Sequence record: SRR22947727_339
Length of the DNA stretch: 64,000 bases
Reading direction: 5' to 3' (one strand)
The notes beneath the pieces are model-generated. The model worked only from the letters and a program-made list of their open reading frames with translations, was not told where the DNA came from and ran no database searches. Numbering within the stretch: the first letter of the stretch is position 1; each line of letters begins with the position of its first letter. This document shows positions 1-10,449 of the stretch, piece by piece. Position numbers and translations under genes: made by a program.

Positions 1-377
1 CATACACTGGAGAGTTCAAAAATGGTCAAATAGGTGGAATAGGCACTTACACCACGGCTGATGGAAAGGCGAAGAGGGGTTTTTGGGTCGAAGGTGAGTT
101 CCAATGGAAAGTTCCTGAAGACTGGGATTTTTTGCCTTCCTTAATTGGAGCGGCCACTATTTGCTCAGATAAGAAAGCAATCGAAATACCCGTTAATGGA
201 AAAATAGAATTTAACAAAGCAAGGGTATATTATGAAGAGTTGTTAAGCGAATATATGGATATTGACTCTTCCTTTCTCAGTTTCTCTATTGAAGAGGCAT
301 ACAAATCCGATATGTTTAGATTTTCACGATTAACAGAACCAACTTATGAGAAATGTCTGGATGCTATTAAAAATTGA
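1..377 (+). CDS. 3' part of a MORN-repeat-containing protein (5' end outside window)
   Basis: The frame of the listed 132..377 ORF is open back to base 3 and reads YTGEFKNGQIGGIGTYTTADGKAKRGFWVEG, matching the MORN pattern YxGxFxxGxxxGxGxYxxxDG. Confidence 0.7.
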   Translation, partial: YTGEFKNGQIGGIGTYTTADGKAKRGFWVEGEFQWKVPEDWDFLPSLIGAATICSDKKAIEIPVNGKIEFNKARVYYEELLSEYMDIDSSFLSFSIEEAYKSDMFRFSRLTEPTYEKCLDAIKN

Positions 378-384
378 TTAAATT

Positions 385-1491
385 TCAAAAAAATGGGAAT
401 TCCCTATGTCCCCATTCTTTTAGAATCTGATTGACGTTTGTCGGAACAGAGTTTTTGCGGCTTGTCTTAGGGCTCTGGCTTTTAAACCTTGGTGCTGGTG
501 CCGCCTCAATGTTCCCCTCTATCGTTTGGTAGATTTGACGGTGTTTTATGTGGGGGTGTTCTGCAGCTTCCCCAGGATGGAGAACGGGCGCGAAACAAAC
601 ATCCGTACCTTCCATGAGATCTGACCATTCGTCTCGGGATTTAGTTTTGAAAATCTGGGTCAGCCGGGCTTTCTGAACTAGCCACTTACCAGTATTCATT
701 TGGTCCCTGAAATCAGGGTCATCTGACAGGTCTAAATGCTTTAGTAAAAGAGAATAAAATTTAGGCTCTAGAGATCCAATCGAAATAAAACCTCCGCAAG
801 AACAAGCGTATGTGTCAAACCAGTGAGGCCCATCCAGAACGCTTTTACCACGCTCAAAACTCACGGCCCCTGTAGCCTTTAGAGATAGAATGAGGTTCAT
901 CATATGAGCAGAGCCATCTATCATCGCTGCATCAACAATATCACCTTTACCCGTTCGCTGAGCCTGAAGAATGGCTCCGAGCATTCCAATCGTGAGATAT
1001 AATGCGCCCCCTGCGATATCTCCGATTATCGTAGGTGTCGCAAAGGGTGGGTCCCCCGGCTTTCCTGAATACCAAAGAGCGCCCGATAAGGCATTGTAGT
1101 TGATGTCGTGACCTGCCGCATGCGCAAGAGGCCCATCTTGGCCCCATCCTGTGACTCGGCCATAGGCTAGCTTGGGATTAATTTCGCAGCATATATCTGG
1201 GCCAAGCCCAAGCCGCTCCATAACTCCCGGGCGCATACCTTCGATAAGACCATCAGCATGCTCTACAAGTTTGAGTAACCGCGTCTTATCGTCATTGTCT
1301 TTGAGGTTTAGCTTTATGATGCGTTTGCCGCGTTTCGTAATTGTAGTATTGCCGCTATCGCCGAATGCAGGTGCCCCGGGACGTTCAATAACTATGACAT
1401 CTGCTCCTAAATCAGCGAGATGCATGCCGCAAAAGGGTGCAGGTCCAATCCCCTCAATCTCTATGATTTTTATGCCTGATAAAACTGTCAT
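385..1491 (-). CDS. CaiB/BaiF family III CoA-transferase, alpha-methylacyl-CoA racemase-like
   Basis: GIGPAPFCGMHLADLGADV N-terminus, RPGVMERLGLGP, AGHDINY and GDIAGG motifs typical of the AMACR/Mcr subgroup. Confidence 0.9.
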   Translation of the reverse strand: MTVLSGIKIIEIEGIGPAPFCGMHLADLGADVIVIERPGAPAFGDSGNTTITKRGKRIIKLNLKDNDDKTRLLKLVEHADGLIEGMRPGVMERLGLGPDICCEINPKLAYGRVTGWGQDGPLAHAAGHDINYNALSGALWYSGKPGDPPFATPTIIGDIAGGALYLTIGMLGAILQAQRTGKGDIVDAAMIDGSAHMMNLILSLKATGAVSFERGKSVLDGPHWFDTYACSCGGFISIGSLEPKFYSLLLKHLDLSDDPDFRDQMNTGKWLVQKARLTQIFKTKSRDEWSDLMEGTDVCFAPVLHPGEAAEHPHIKHRQIYQTIEGNIEAAPAPRFKSQSPKTSRKNSVPTNVNQILKEWGHREFPFF

Positions 1492-1916
1492 GATTTTTTC
1501 TTGAATTTTTTAACGGTGCCTGAGAAGTTTAAGCAGGGTCGACCTTCGGCCGTTACAATACCGCGAATGAATATCAGAGATCCGCCGGCTCGAATGACTT
1601 CGCCGCGAGCTTCGATCAGCTCTCCTATCACAGGCCCATCAATGAACTCGCAGTTAAAGGCGACTGTAACGCCGTAATTTCCGTCTATGTAATCATAACA
1701 AAGGGCAAAGAGTGCGAAGTCAGCAAAGGCCATAAGGCAGCCACCATGCATCACGCCGCCCGCATTCATGTGTTTACGGGCTGCGCGAAATGCGGAAACG
1801 TAGCTCTCCTCCTCTTTCCTGAAATAGAATGGACCAGCTGTTTCGAACTCGAAGACTTCTTCCTTCCAGCTTAACCACTGCTTAAATTCTCCTTCAGTCT
1901 CCATAAAAGGTGTCAT
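1488..1916 (-). CDS. PaaI-family hotdog-fold acyl-CoA thioesterase
   Basis: HMNAGGVMHGGCLMAFAD motif, 142 aa, 4-bp overlaps with both neighbours. Confidence 0.85.
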   Translation of the reverse strand: MTPFMETEGEFKQWLSWKEEVFEFETAGPFYFRKEEESYVSAFRAARKHMNAGGVMHGGCLMAFADFALFALCYDYIDGNYGVTVAFNCEFIDGPVIGELIEARGEVIRAGGSLIFIRGIVTAEGRPCLNFSGTVKKFKKKS

Positions 1917-4900
1917 GCAGAGGCCTTCGTCGCAGGTTTTTCCTGATAGGCAGACAGAAGCATATTCAAGTTCGTTGTCGCCTCCTTGACGCTCTTCTCT
2001 TTGATATAGCCATAGCCGCGAATGGCATCAGGGAATGAGGCGATATCTATTGCGAGCTTATGATTGTCTTGGTTTAGAACAAGAATAAGACTATCGACAG
2101 TTTCTTCATATGTTTTAATCAAGCCGCGTTCCATCTTTCGTTCTTCGGTATATCCGAAAATATCAAAAGCTGTGCCGCGCAAAGCTTTCATCTTCGCCAT
2201 AATTTTAAATATAGGCGTAATCCAGCCGCCGATTTCATACTTGCGGGGCCTACCCGTATGTGGGTCTTTCTTAGCTAATAGGGGCGGAGAAAGATGATAC
2301 TTGATTTTATATTCGCCCTCAAATGCCTCTTGGAGTTTGGCTCTGAACTCTGGCGCGGTCTGCAAACGGGCGATCTCATATTCATCCTTATAGGCCATTA
2401 GCTTATAGGCATATATTGCGACGGCTCGGGTTAGCCCGCTTAGGCCTTTTGTTTTTTGAGCCTCTGCTAAGGCCGCTTTCTCAACAAGGGCTTTATATCT
2501 GTCGGCATAAGCTGCATTTTGGTAAAAGGTTAGGTCTTGCATTCGAGCGGCGATATATTCGTCATCTGTTTTAGGGGTTAAAGGTTTATCATTCAATTGG
2601 GCCTTAATTGCTTGCGGGTCATGAGCCGCGAGGCGGCCCCATTCAAAGGCCTGTTTATTCCATTCAGATTTCACCCCGTTTAGGTCAACCGCCTTGAAGA
2701 TAGAGGCCCGTCCAATAGGCAGCGCGCCCTTTTGCCAAGCATACCCGACCAAAAAGAGGTTTGCACCAATGGAATTACCAAGAAGTTTTACCGCCAATTG
2801 CGTGGCGTCCAGATATTCAATGTTATCAGCGGACAGAACTGAAGCAAATCTGTTATGAAGGGCCGTCATAGGATAATCGAGATTAGGGTCGTGAATAAAG
2901 TCACTCGACATTGTTTTTTCAAGATTAATGAAGGCTTTTGTTCTACGGGGATTTAAGGTTTCTAAAACCTTGTCCATGCCTGTTGTCATCATATCGCAAG
3001 CAATTAACAAGTCCGTTGCACCAATCGCCAGTCTGGCAGTATTTATATCAGACTGCTCGTTGGCAAAACGTATATGGGTCATGACCGGACCGCCTTTTTG
3101 TGAGAAGCCCATCTGATCAACGATCGACACACCTTTACCTTCCATGTGAGCCGCCGTACCCAGAAGCGCCCCAATCGTGATCACGCCTGTTCCGCCGACG
3201 CCTGCGATCAAAGCTCCATAGGTTTTAGATTTTTCTATTTTATAGATTTCTGGTTCCGGGATTACAGTTTTAAGACTGTCTCGCGCCTTACCACGCTTCA
3301 TGTCCCCGCCGTGTATTGTCACAAAACTTGGGCAAAATCCGTCAACGCAAGAATAGTCTTTATTGCAGGATGATTGGTGTATTTTTCTTTTCCGACCATA
3401 CTCGGTATCGATTGGTTGAACTGAAAGACAATTGGACTTTTTGGAACAATCTCCACAGCCTTCGCAGATGCGGTCATTGATGAAAGCGCGTTTAGCTGGA
3501 TCCGGAAAAGTGCCACGTTTGCGACGTCTGCGTTTCTCCGCTGCACAAGTCTGGTCGTATATTAGAACTGTTGTCCCTTTGATATCGCGGAGTTCTCTCT
3601 GTACTTTATCCAGCTCTCGGCGATGGTGGATAGTTGTGCCTTTAGCAAAGCCAGCATTATTTCCATATTTATCTGGCTCGTCAGTGACGACGACTATGCG
3701 TTTCACTCCTTCTTGAAACACTTGATGTGTAATCATGGGAACTGTTAGCTGCCCATCAACGGGTTGCCCGCCGGTCATGGCCACGGCGTCATTAAACAAT
3801 ATTTTGAAGGTAATATTTGACTTGGCTGCTATCGTTGCACGAATAGCTAAAGACCCACTATGGAAATATGTTCCATCTCCAAGCTGTTGAAAGACATGAT
3901 TAGTCTCAACGAATGGTTCTTCACCAATCCACGGCGCGCCTTCAGCGCCCATATGTGTGAAGCCCTCGACATCGCGATCCATCCAAGTCGCCATGTAATG
4001 ACACCCGACGCCACCAACACCCTTGCTGCCTTCTGGCACTTTCGTAGACGTGTTATGGGGGCAGCCAGAACAAAAATATGGAACGCGCCTTGTATTAATC
4101 GCATCGGCCTTGGCGAGTGTTTTTTCGCAATCATCCAGAAATTTGAGACGCTCATCAATAGATGGGCTTGTATAAAAATAAGCAATTCGGTCCGCGATAA
4201 TCTTTGCGATACGGTCAGGCGTTGTTCGTTCGTACGCAATTACAAGAGGCTTACCGTTTTCGTCCGTTCGTCCCACAATGCGCGGCCGCTTGCTTTTGGG
4301 TAAATCATAACATCCGCGCGTAAATCCGTTTTGAATTTGTTCTCGTTTGTCTTCAATAATCAATACTTCATCCATGCCCTCGGCAAAGGTGCGATAAAGG
4401 TCGTCATCAGACGGAAACGGCATCGCGACTTTAAGAATGTTGATACCCAGTGATTTTGCCTTGGCTTCCGAAATACCAAGATCATGTAAAGCCTGTTGGA
4501 CATTTCGCCATTCTTTGCCCATGGCGACAATGCCAAATTTTTTCTTTGGGCTTTCAAGTGTTACGCGATTTAGGTTATTTGCTCTTGCAAAGGCTAAAGC
4601 TGCAGGAAGTTTATATTTGCGTGCTCTCTTCCCCATTCCGTAAATGTCATCACCCCGCCTTGCGTTAACCCCGTCAGGCGGAAATACAAATTTGGGATAT
4701 TTAATTTTAATGCGATTATAATCACCATTGATTGACGCCGCAGTTTCAATGGTTTCCGGTAATAATTTATATCCCACAAAGGACCCGCAAAAACGCGATA
4801 ACGCAATGCCGTAGATTCCTAGATCGAATACGTCTTGGATATCCGCCGGATACAATACCGGCATGAGGAGGTCTTCGAATAAGAGCTCAGAATGATAAGG

Positions 4901-5380
4901 ATCAACAGTGGACGTCATATCTGGGTCATCACCGCACAGCACGAGTACGCCGCCATGCTTAGCAGACCCATGTAATGTCGCTTGACGTAATCCGTCTATC
5001 GTTTGATCCAGCCCTGGGCCTTTGCCATACCACATGGCATAAACACCGTCATATTTCGCATCGCCTTTATAACCAACTTGCTGTGTCCCCCAGACAGAGG
5101 TCATAGCAAGGTTTTCATTTAGCCCTGGCCAAAATTTAACGTGATGCTCTCCAAGAATAGCATTTCCAGCACGCCAGAGTTCTACATCAATCGCGGTCAT
5201 AGGCGAACCCCGGTATCCGGAGATGAAACCACCTGTATTAAGACCTGCTTTCTCATCTATAAGTCGCTGCACAAGCATTAGCCTGACGATGGCTTGTTGA
5301 CCAGTCACGTACACGCGGCCGCTATCCAGACGATACTTATCGTCAAGCGTCATATTGGGAAGCTTTAGAGGCGCGTTCAT
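1913..5380 (-). CDS. Fused indolepyruvate:ferredoxin oxidoreductase (IorA-IorB fusion family)
   Basis: SGYRGSP, PYFCSGCPHN, TPP-binding GDGTYFHSG...NDAVAMTGGQP, ferredoxin CEGCGDCSKKSNC, beta-domain GVGGTGV; 1155 aa. Confidence 0.92.
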   Translation of the reverse strand: MNAPLKLPNMTLDDKYRLDSGRVYVTGQQAIVRLMLVQRLIDEKAGLNTGGFISGYRGSPMTAIDVELWRAGNAILGEHHVKFWPGLNENLAMTSVWGTQQVGYKGDAKYDGVYAMWYGKGPGLDQTIDGLRQATLHGSAKHGGVLVLCGDDPDMTSTVDPYHSELLFEDLLMPVLYPADIQDVFDLGIYGIALSRFCGSFVGYKLLPETIETAASINGDYNRIKIKYPKFVFPPDGVNARRGDDIYGMGKRARKYKLPAALAFARANNLNRVTLESPKKKFGIVAMGKEWRNVQQALHDLGISEAKAKSLGINILKVAMPFPSDDDLYRTFAEGMDEVLIIEDKREQIQNGFTRGCYDLPKSKRPRIVGRTDENGKPLVIAYERTTPDRIAKIIADRIAYFYTSPSIDERLKFLDDCEKTLAKADAINTRRVPYFCSGCPHNTSTKVPEGSKGVGGVGCHYMATWMDRDVEGFTHMGAEGAPWIGEEPFVETNHVFQQLGDGTYFHSGSLAIRATIAAKSNITFKILFNDAVAMTGGQPVDGQLTVPMITHQVFQEGVKRIVVVTDEPDKYGNNAGFAKGTTIHHRRELDKVQRELRDIKGTTVLIYDQTCAAEKRRRRKRGTFPDPAKRAFINDRICEGCGDCSKKSNCLSVQPIDTEYGRKRKIHQSSCNKDYSCVDGFCPSFVTIHGGDMKRGKARDSLKTVIPEPEIYKIEKSKTYGALIAGVGGTGVITIGALLGTAAHMEGKGVSIVDQMGFSQKGGPVMTHIRFANEQSDINTARLAIGATDLLIACDMMTTGMDKVLETLNPRRTKAFINLEKTMSSDFIHDPNLDYPMTALHNRFASVLSADNIEYLDATQLAVKLLGNSIGANLFLVGYAWQKGALPIGRASIFKAVDLNGVKSEWNKQAFEWGRLAAHDPQAIKAQLNDKPLTPKTDDEYIAARMQDLTFYQNAAYADRYKALVEKAALAEAQKTKGLSGLTRAVAIYAYKLMAYKDEYEIARLQTAPEFRAKLQEAFEGEYKIKYHLSPPLLAKKDPHTGRPRKYEIGGWITPIFKIMAKMKALRGTAFDIFGYTEERKMERGLIKTYEETVDSLILVLNQDNHKLAIDIASFPDAIRGYGYIKEKSVKEATTNLNMLLSAYQEKPATKASA

Positions 5381-6534
5381 TGGCTGACTTTTTCGATATG
5401 TTTGGAGGTTAGCTGCTTAACAGAGGTCACGCCCATAAGACCCATTCCTCGCTCCACTTCAGCTCTCAATAGGTCAACAATCCTAGTCACTCCCGCTTCA
5501 CCACCAACGGCTAGTCCGTAAATATAGGGTCTTGAAAATGAGACAGCATCGGCGCCTAGCGCCAAGGCTTTAATCATATGAGACCCTCGGCGGATACCTG
5601 AGTCCATAATAATTTCAATGTCGTTTCCGACCGCTTGACGTATTGGGGCAATGCGGTGAATTGCGGGGGAAGAACTATCTAGCTGGCGGCCACCATGGTT
5701 GGAAACAATGATAGCTGTAGCGCCCATTTTGACAGCCTTCTTTGCATCTCCCACCGATTGTATGCCCTTAATAGCAAAGGGGCCTCCCCATTCTTTAGCA
5801 AGCCACTCTGCGTCCTTCCAGGTAACGGTCTTGTCCATCAAATGGTGGGCAAGCTCAAAGGTATTCATACCGCCGCCAAGAGCGTCCATACGGTGAGAAA
5901 TATTTGCCATCTCAAATTTACCTGAGGTCAAAAAACCTAAAGCCCATCTTGGATGAAGCGCAAAGTCCGGTAATGTGGATAATTTAAGCCTCGGCGGAAA
6001 ACTTAGCCCGCTTCTGAGGTCGCGTTCTCGATTGCCTGAAATCGAACTGTCCACTGTGAGGCATAATGCATCATATCCAGCTTCTTTCGACCAAGCCACA
6101 TGATCGCGCGTAATTTCCCTATCTTTTACGATATAAGACTGAAACATTTTGGGCCCACTCGAAGATGCGCCGACGGCTTTAATGCCTTGGGTAGAAAAGG
6201 TTGAAAGCCCATAGATGATGCCTGCTTTAGCAGCAGCTTTGGCGACAGCTATTTCTTTGTCGGGGTGAAACAAACCTGAACCACCGCTGGGAGAGAGATA
6301 AAAGGGGAGCTTCATATCAACACCCAAAACATTTACGCTCATGTCAATATTGCTGACATCCACTAAAACATCAGGAATGAGATTATATTGATCGAAGGCC
6401 GTGAGATTATTGCGCAGAGCCGTTTCGTCGTCAGAGCCACCAGCCATGTAATCGTAAATAGCACGCGGTAGCAGGCGTTTAGCGGCCTGTTTGAAGTCTT
6501 CGACATTGTGGAGTTTATTTAGATTCATTTTCAT
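5377..6534 (-). CDS. FMN-dependent alpha-hydroxy-acid dehydrogenase/oxidase (LldD/MdlB family)
   Basis: YDYMAGGSDDE, GNRERD, IKGI, VSNHGGRQLD, DSGIRRG motifs. Confidence 0.92.
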   Translation of the reverse strand: MKMNLNKLHNVEDFKQAAKRLLPRAIYDYMAGGSDDETALRNNLTAFDQYNLIPDVLVDVSNIDMSVNVLGVDMKLPFYLSPSGGSGLFHPDKEIAVAKAAAKAGIIYGLSTFSTQGIKAVGASSSGPKMFQSYIVKDREITRDHVAWSKEAGYDALCLTVDSSISGNRERDLRSGLSFPPRLKLSTLPDFALHPRWALGFLTSGKFEMANISHRMDALGGGMNTFELAHHLMDKTVTWKDAEWLAKEWGGPFAIKGIQSVGDAKKAVKMGATAIIVSNHGGRQLDSSSPAIHRIAPIRQAVGNDIEIIMDSGIRRGSHMIKALALGADAVSFSRPYIYGLAVGGEAGVTRIVDLLRAEVERGMGLMGVTSVKQLTSKHIEKVSQ

Positions 6535-6536
6535 AC

Positions 6537-7685
6537 CTAGAACGCTGAAATGCCAGTTAAAGCTCTGCCTATAATAAGTTTTTGAATTTCAGTTGTACCC
6601 TCTGTGAAGGGGAACACACGAACGGCGCGGTTTAAATATTCAACCAGATATTCACGTATGATCCCGCTCGCGCCATGAATTTGAACGGCATCATATACGA
6701 CTTCACAGGCCAGTTCGGTTCCATACCACTTCGTCATTGCAACATGTACTTGGTCAGGTGCTCCGCGGTCGATCTGGTCCAGGGCTTTAAGGGCCATCAA
6801 CTTGCCAGCTTCGATCTTGGTGGCCATTGTTGCCAATTTATCTTGAATCATCTGTTTGCCTGCAATAGGGCCGCCAAACTGTTTGCGATCTTTAGCAAAT
6901 GATAAGGCTTCATCGAGTGCGGCTTGGGCAATGCCAAGCGCCATCATTGTCACAATCGGACGAGACATAGCTAACGTCCCAAGCATAGATTTCATGGCGT
7001 TGGGAGCGGACACGACAACATTTTCTGCAGGCACTTTAACGTCATTAAAAAACACCTGAGCGGTCGACTGAGAATTGAGCGCAGTCTTCTCTAAATCTTT
7101 TGTTTGATAGCCGTGATTGCGCTCTACGAGAATGAGGCCGAGCCCTTGATCTGAACTGCCATCAGAAAAGTTGGCGAGTACAAATATGAAATCAGAATAC
7201 CCTCCGCTGGAATTCCAAGTTTTTTCGCCGTTTAGGATGTAATTATCGCCGTCTTTCTTAGCCCTTAATTTCACCCCCGCCATATCTGATCCGCCGTCAG
7301 GCTCCGAGAGGCCAACGCTCGCGGCAGTATTGCAATCCATCAAATCCCTTTGATATTTAGCCTTGAGGTGCTTGGGGGCTGCTGACATTAATTTGGTAGT
7401 GATTCCGTATATCTGTGTTGTTACAGCTATGTCGGGCGAAACTCGCGCCAGTTCATGCATTAAAAGGCCATAGGTGACCTGATCCAAATCCATCCCTCCA
7501 TCGCTTTCGGACACCATGCCATTCACTACTCCAAAAGGGATCAGGCGTTTTTGGATGTCCAAAGCCATATCTTTAGGAATGAACTTATCACGATACTCAT
7601 CAGCAATTGGCCGGATATCACTCTCTAAAAAGCGTTTGAATCCTTCCAACAATATCACTTGCTCTTCATTTAAAGAAAAATCCAT
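6537..7685 (-). CDS. Acyl-CoA dehydrogenase
   Basis: MDFSLNEEQ start, LSEPDGGSD, LNGEKTW, RKQFGGPI, QIHGASG, TEGTTEIQ (catalytic Glu). Confidence 0.92.
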   Translation of the reverse strand: MDFSLNEEQVILLEGFKRFLESDIRPIADEYRDKFIPKDMALDIQKRLIPFGVVNGMVSESDGGMDLDQVTYGLLMHELARVSPDIAVTTQIYGITTKLMSAAPKHLKAKYQRDLMDCNTAASVGLSEPDGGSDMAGVKLRAKKDGDNYILNGEKTWNSSGGYSDFIFVLANFSDGSSDQGLGLILVERNHGYQTKDLEKTALNSQSTAQVFFNDVKVPAENVVVSAPNAMKSMLGTLAMSRPIVTMMALGIAQAALDEALSFAKDRKQFGGPIAGKQMIQDKLATMATKIEAGKLMALKALDQIDRGAPDQVHVAMTKWYGTELACEVVYDAVQIHGASGIIREYLVEYLNRAVRVFPFTEGTTEIQKLIIGRALTGISAF

Positions 7686-7881
7686 AACGTCCTCTTACTT
7701 CAATCATTCATACATTTGACTGGGTGGTTTTGCTTGGTCAATTTTGGCAAAAACAAAGTCACCTTGATATAGAATTTATCCGACAACTAGGTTCATCGAT
7801 TGTAGCAAATTTAATATTGCGCATAACACAACCCTGAGAAGACGTTTCATTAACCTCAGTTTGAATAGATTTGAAACGAGA

Positions 7882-9162
7882 TCAGTCAATGAGCTTGTCG
7901 CCTGAACCAAGAACGAGATAGCAAACTCCACCAATCACGCTAATTATTGCTGTTACGATGAATACATTTTCATAGGATCCGGTTTGCTGAACAATATAAC
8001 CAGCGGCAATCGCCCCTATTGCGCCAGCAGCGGTTCCAAAGGTGTTAAGTGTTCCATAGATAATATCGGCAAAACGCGGCGCAATATCCAGACTATTTGG
8101 AACTAGGCCTGCATAAGCGAAAGCTAATATCCCTAAGGCCGCGCACATCAAGATTGTTGCAGATTTTGCGCTTTCAGCATCTCTCAGAAAGTACATAAAT
8201 ATTGCAGAGCCTAATAAACCAAAGCCAATTAAAATTTTTCGTGTTTTTGTCGCGCTAATGCCAGTTTTCAGCATGTAATCTGCAACCCAGCCGGTCACAT
8301 TCATCATAAGAAACATGACAATCCAAGGCAGCACTGCATATATCCCTGCCCCAGCGAGGTCGAGCTTATGTACATCGGAGAAGTAACTGGGAAGCCAGGA
8401 TAGAAAAATATACAGCGTCCATGAAGCCGCAAAGCCTGTAATGCAAAGTGCCCAAACAGGCTTTGCTAAGAAGATTTCCTTCCAGGGGATAACTTTAGCT
8501 TTTTCTTTTACACCGCCCCCAGCCGCGATAATTGTTCTTTCATAGCTCGTAATCGATGGATGCTGATCCGGGTGTTCCTTTATCAAAAAATACCAAAAGA
8601 TTGCCCAAATGAATCCCAAAGCTCCAAAGGCGTAAAAAATCATTTCCCAGCCATAAGTCGTTACAATCTTGGGGCCTAACAAAAGTGCGCCAACGGTTCC
8701 GAGAATCGTTCCAGAAGAAAGAAAGCTCATAACTCGAGATTGCTCTGTCTGAGGGAACCAACGTCCAACTACCGTAAAAGAAGACGGAGCTAGGCCAGCT
8801 TCACCAACACCCATCAGGAATCGTACGGCCAGTAAAGCGGGAATGGACATGAATGCCGCTATTGGCGTTATTAATGTGAAGACTGACCAAAAAACGACGG
8901 CCCAGCCAAGAACAAGTTTACCTCCAAATCGATTGGCGAGATAACCACCGCCAATTTGCATGCACAAATAACCCCAAAAAAAGAAGCTAAAGACATACCC
9001 TTTATCAACATCAGACCAGCCAAATTCCTTTTGCATGCTGATGGCGGCAATCGAAATGTTTACGCGGTCAAGGTAGCAAATGACGAATGCAAAAAATGCT
9101 AAAACCAATACCGTCATACGTTTTGGCCAGAACGGCTTTTGCGTGTTTATTTCCGCTCCCAT
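7882..9162 (-). CDS. MFS transporter, anion:cation symporter (ACS/sialin-like) family
   Basis: CYLDRVNISIA, GGYLANRFGGK, RFLMGVGE; start reset to ATG at 9162 behind a GGGGA RBS because the longer ORF overlaps the divergent gene at 9310. Confidence 0.88.
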   Translation of the reverse strand: MGAEINTQKPFWPKRMTVLVLAFFAFVICYLDRVNISIAAISMQKEFGWSDVDKGYVFSFFFWGYLCMQIGGGYLANRFGGKLVLGWAVVFWSVFTLITPIAAFMSIPALLAVRFLMGVGEAGLAPSSFTVVGRWFPQTEQSRVMSFLSSGTILGTVGALLLGPKIVTTYGWEMIFYAFGALGFIWAIFWYFLIKEHPDQHPSITSYERTIIAAGGGVKEKAKVIPWKEIFLAKPVWALCITGFAASWTLYIFLSWLPSYFSDVHKLDLAGAGIYAVLPWIVMFLMMNVTGWVADYMLKTGISATKTRKILIGFGLLGSAIFMYFLRDAESAKSATILMCAALGILAFAYAGLVPNSLDIAPRFADIIYGTLNTFGTAAGAIGAIAAGYIVQQTGSYENVFIVTAIISVIGGVCYLVLGSGDKLID

Positions 9163-9309
9163 AAATTCCCCTTTTTGCGCTACTCTATTAGAGCACGCTT
9201 CTGAAAGCTTATCAAATTGGGCACTTATACTGTCTGCGAGGCCTAATTCTCTAATATAGAATTGACAATTGCAGCTTGACGGCTCTTCTAAGACAAGTAG
9301 AGAATTTAT

Positions 9310-10398
9310 ATGTACAATGCCAAGCCTAATTTTAGCGATGATTATCAAGAGTCGCGCGCCAAGTTTCTTGCCGCGATGAGCAAACGAGGCGAGGTGATTT
9401 CCATTCGGCATCCTAAAAAAGGTCCGGACGGTCAAGACCTCTATCTCGATTTTGGTATAATTGGTCCGGACGACGCCCGAGGCGCGCTTATTTTGATTAG
9501 TGGCACTCACGGTCCTGAAATATTTGCTGGCTCAGGCCCACAAGCAGCACTCCTAAATTCAGGGCTAATCAATGATTATGCGGATCTCCGCGTTATTCTG
9601 GTCCACGCTCATAACCCTTATGGTTGTGCGTGGTTGCGGCGCACAGACCACAACAATATTGACCTTAATCGTAATTATTACGATTTCTCCAAACCCTTCA
9701 TCCCGCATCCTGGCTATGACGTGTTGCGTCCGGTCATGGTGCCCACTGAGTGGGATTCAGTCGCACTCGGTAAGGGCTTGGCGGATTATGAGGCCCAACA
9801 TGGTAAGGTTGGATTGCTTGCCGCCATGGTCACGGGCCAAAGCCACGATCCGGATGGAATGTTTTTCCGTGGCGAGGGCCCGGCTTGGTCGCACATTCAA
9901 ATGAAAGATGTGCTACCGAAACTAACAAAAACGCAAGACATTGTTAGCGTCATAGATTTCCATACTGGGCTAGGTCCTTATGGTGTACCCTATATGGTAC
10001 ACGGATACGAACCTGGCTCGTCGGAATTCATCGCGTTTAAAAAAGCCTACGAGGGGGAAGTTCGTTCGACCATGGACCCGGCGGATATTGACGAGGATCT
10101 CCCCGGCTCCCCCGAAGGCCCCATTGTCTTGGGAATGAAGGCCTTGCTGCCCGGAAAACAGAGTTACGCTGTAGTCATCGAATACGGCACAGTACCACCG
10201 GAACAGGTCTTTGGTACACTGATGCATGACAATTGGATGCATGCCCACGGCACGCCGGGGACCGACGAATGGAACGCGGTGAAACAGAATGTGCGAGAAG
10301 TTTTTTATCCGCGTGAGGATAAGTGGAAAGACATGATCTGGGAGCGGGCCGTCTGGGCCGTTGAGCGCTCGGCAAAACTGGCGCGCGGCGAATTTTAA
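9310..10398 (+). CDS. M14-family Zn-carboxypeptidase-like protein (DUF2817), paralogue 1
   Basis: FSDDYQESRAKFL start, SGTHGPE (HxxE), NPYG, IDLNRN, IDFHTGLG, IEYGT, FYP. Confidence 0.8.
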   Translation: MYNAKPNFSDDYQESRAKFLAAMSKRGEVISIRHPKKGPDGQDLYLDFGIIGPDDARGALILISGTHGPEIFAGSGPQAALLNSGLINDYADLRVILVHAHNPYGCAWLRRTDHNNIDLNRNYYDFSKPFIPHPGYDVLRPVMVPTEWDSVALGKGLADYEAQHGKVGLLAAMVTGQSHDPDGMFFRGEGPAWSHIQMKDVLPKLTKTQDIVSVIDFHTGLGPYGVPYMVHGYEPGSSEFIAFKKAYEGEVRSTMDPADIDEDLPGSPEGPIVLGMKALLPGKQSYAVVIEYGTVPPEQVFGTLMHDNWMHAHGTPGTDEWNAVKQNVREVFYPREDKWKDMIWERAVWAVERSAKLARGEF

Positions 10399-10449
10399 TA
10401 TATAATCGCCGTATTAGTCGGCCAGGCAGGTGTCCTGTCAATTCACCCC

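Noticed and set aside
9163-9510. 116-aa N-terminal extension of the MFS ORF
   Set aside because: Overlaps the divergent DUF2817 gene and has no MFS character; there is a good RBS before ATG 9162
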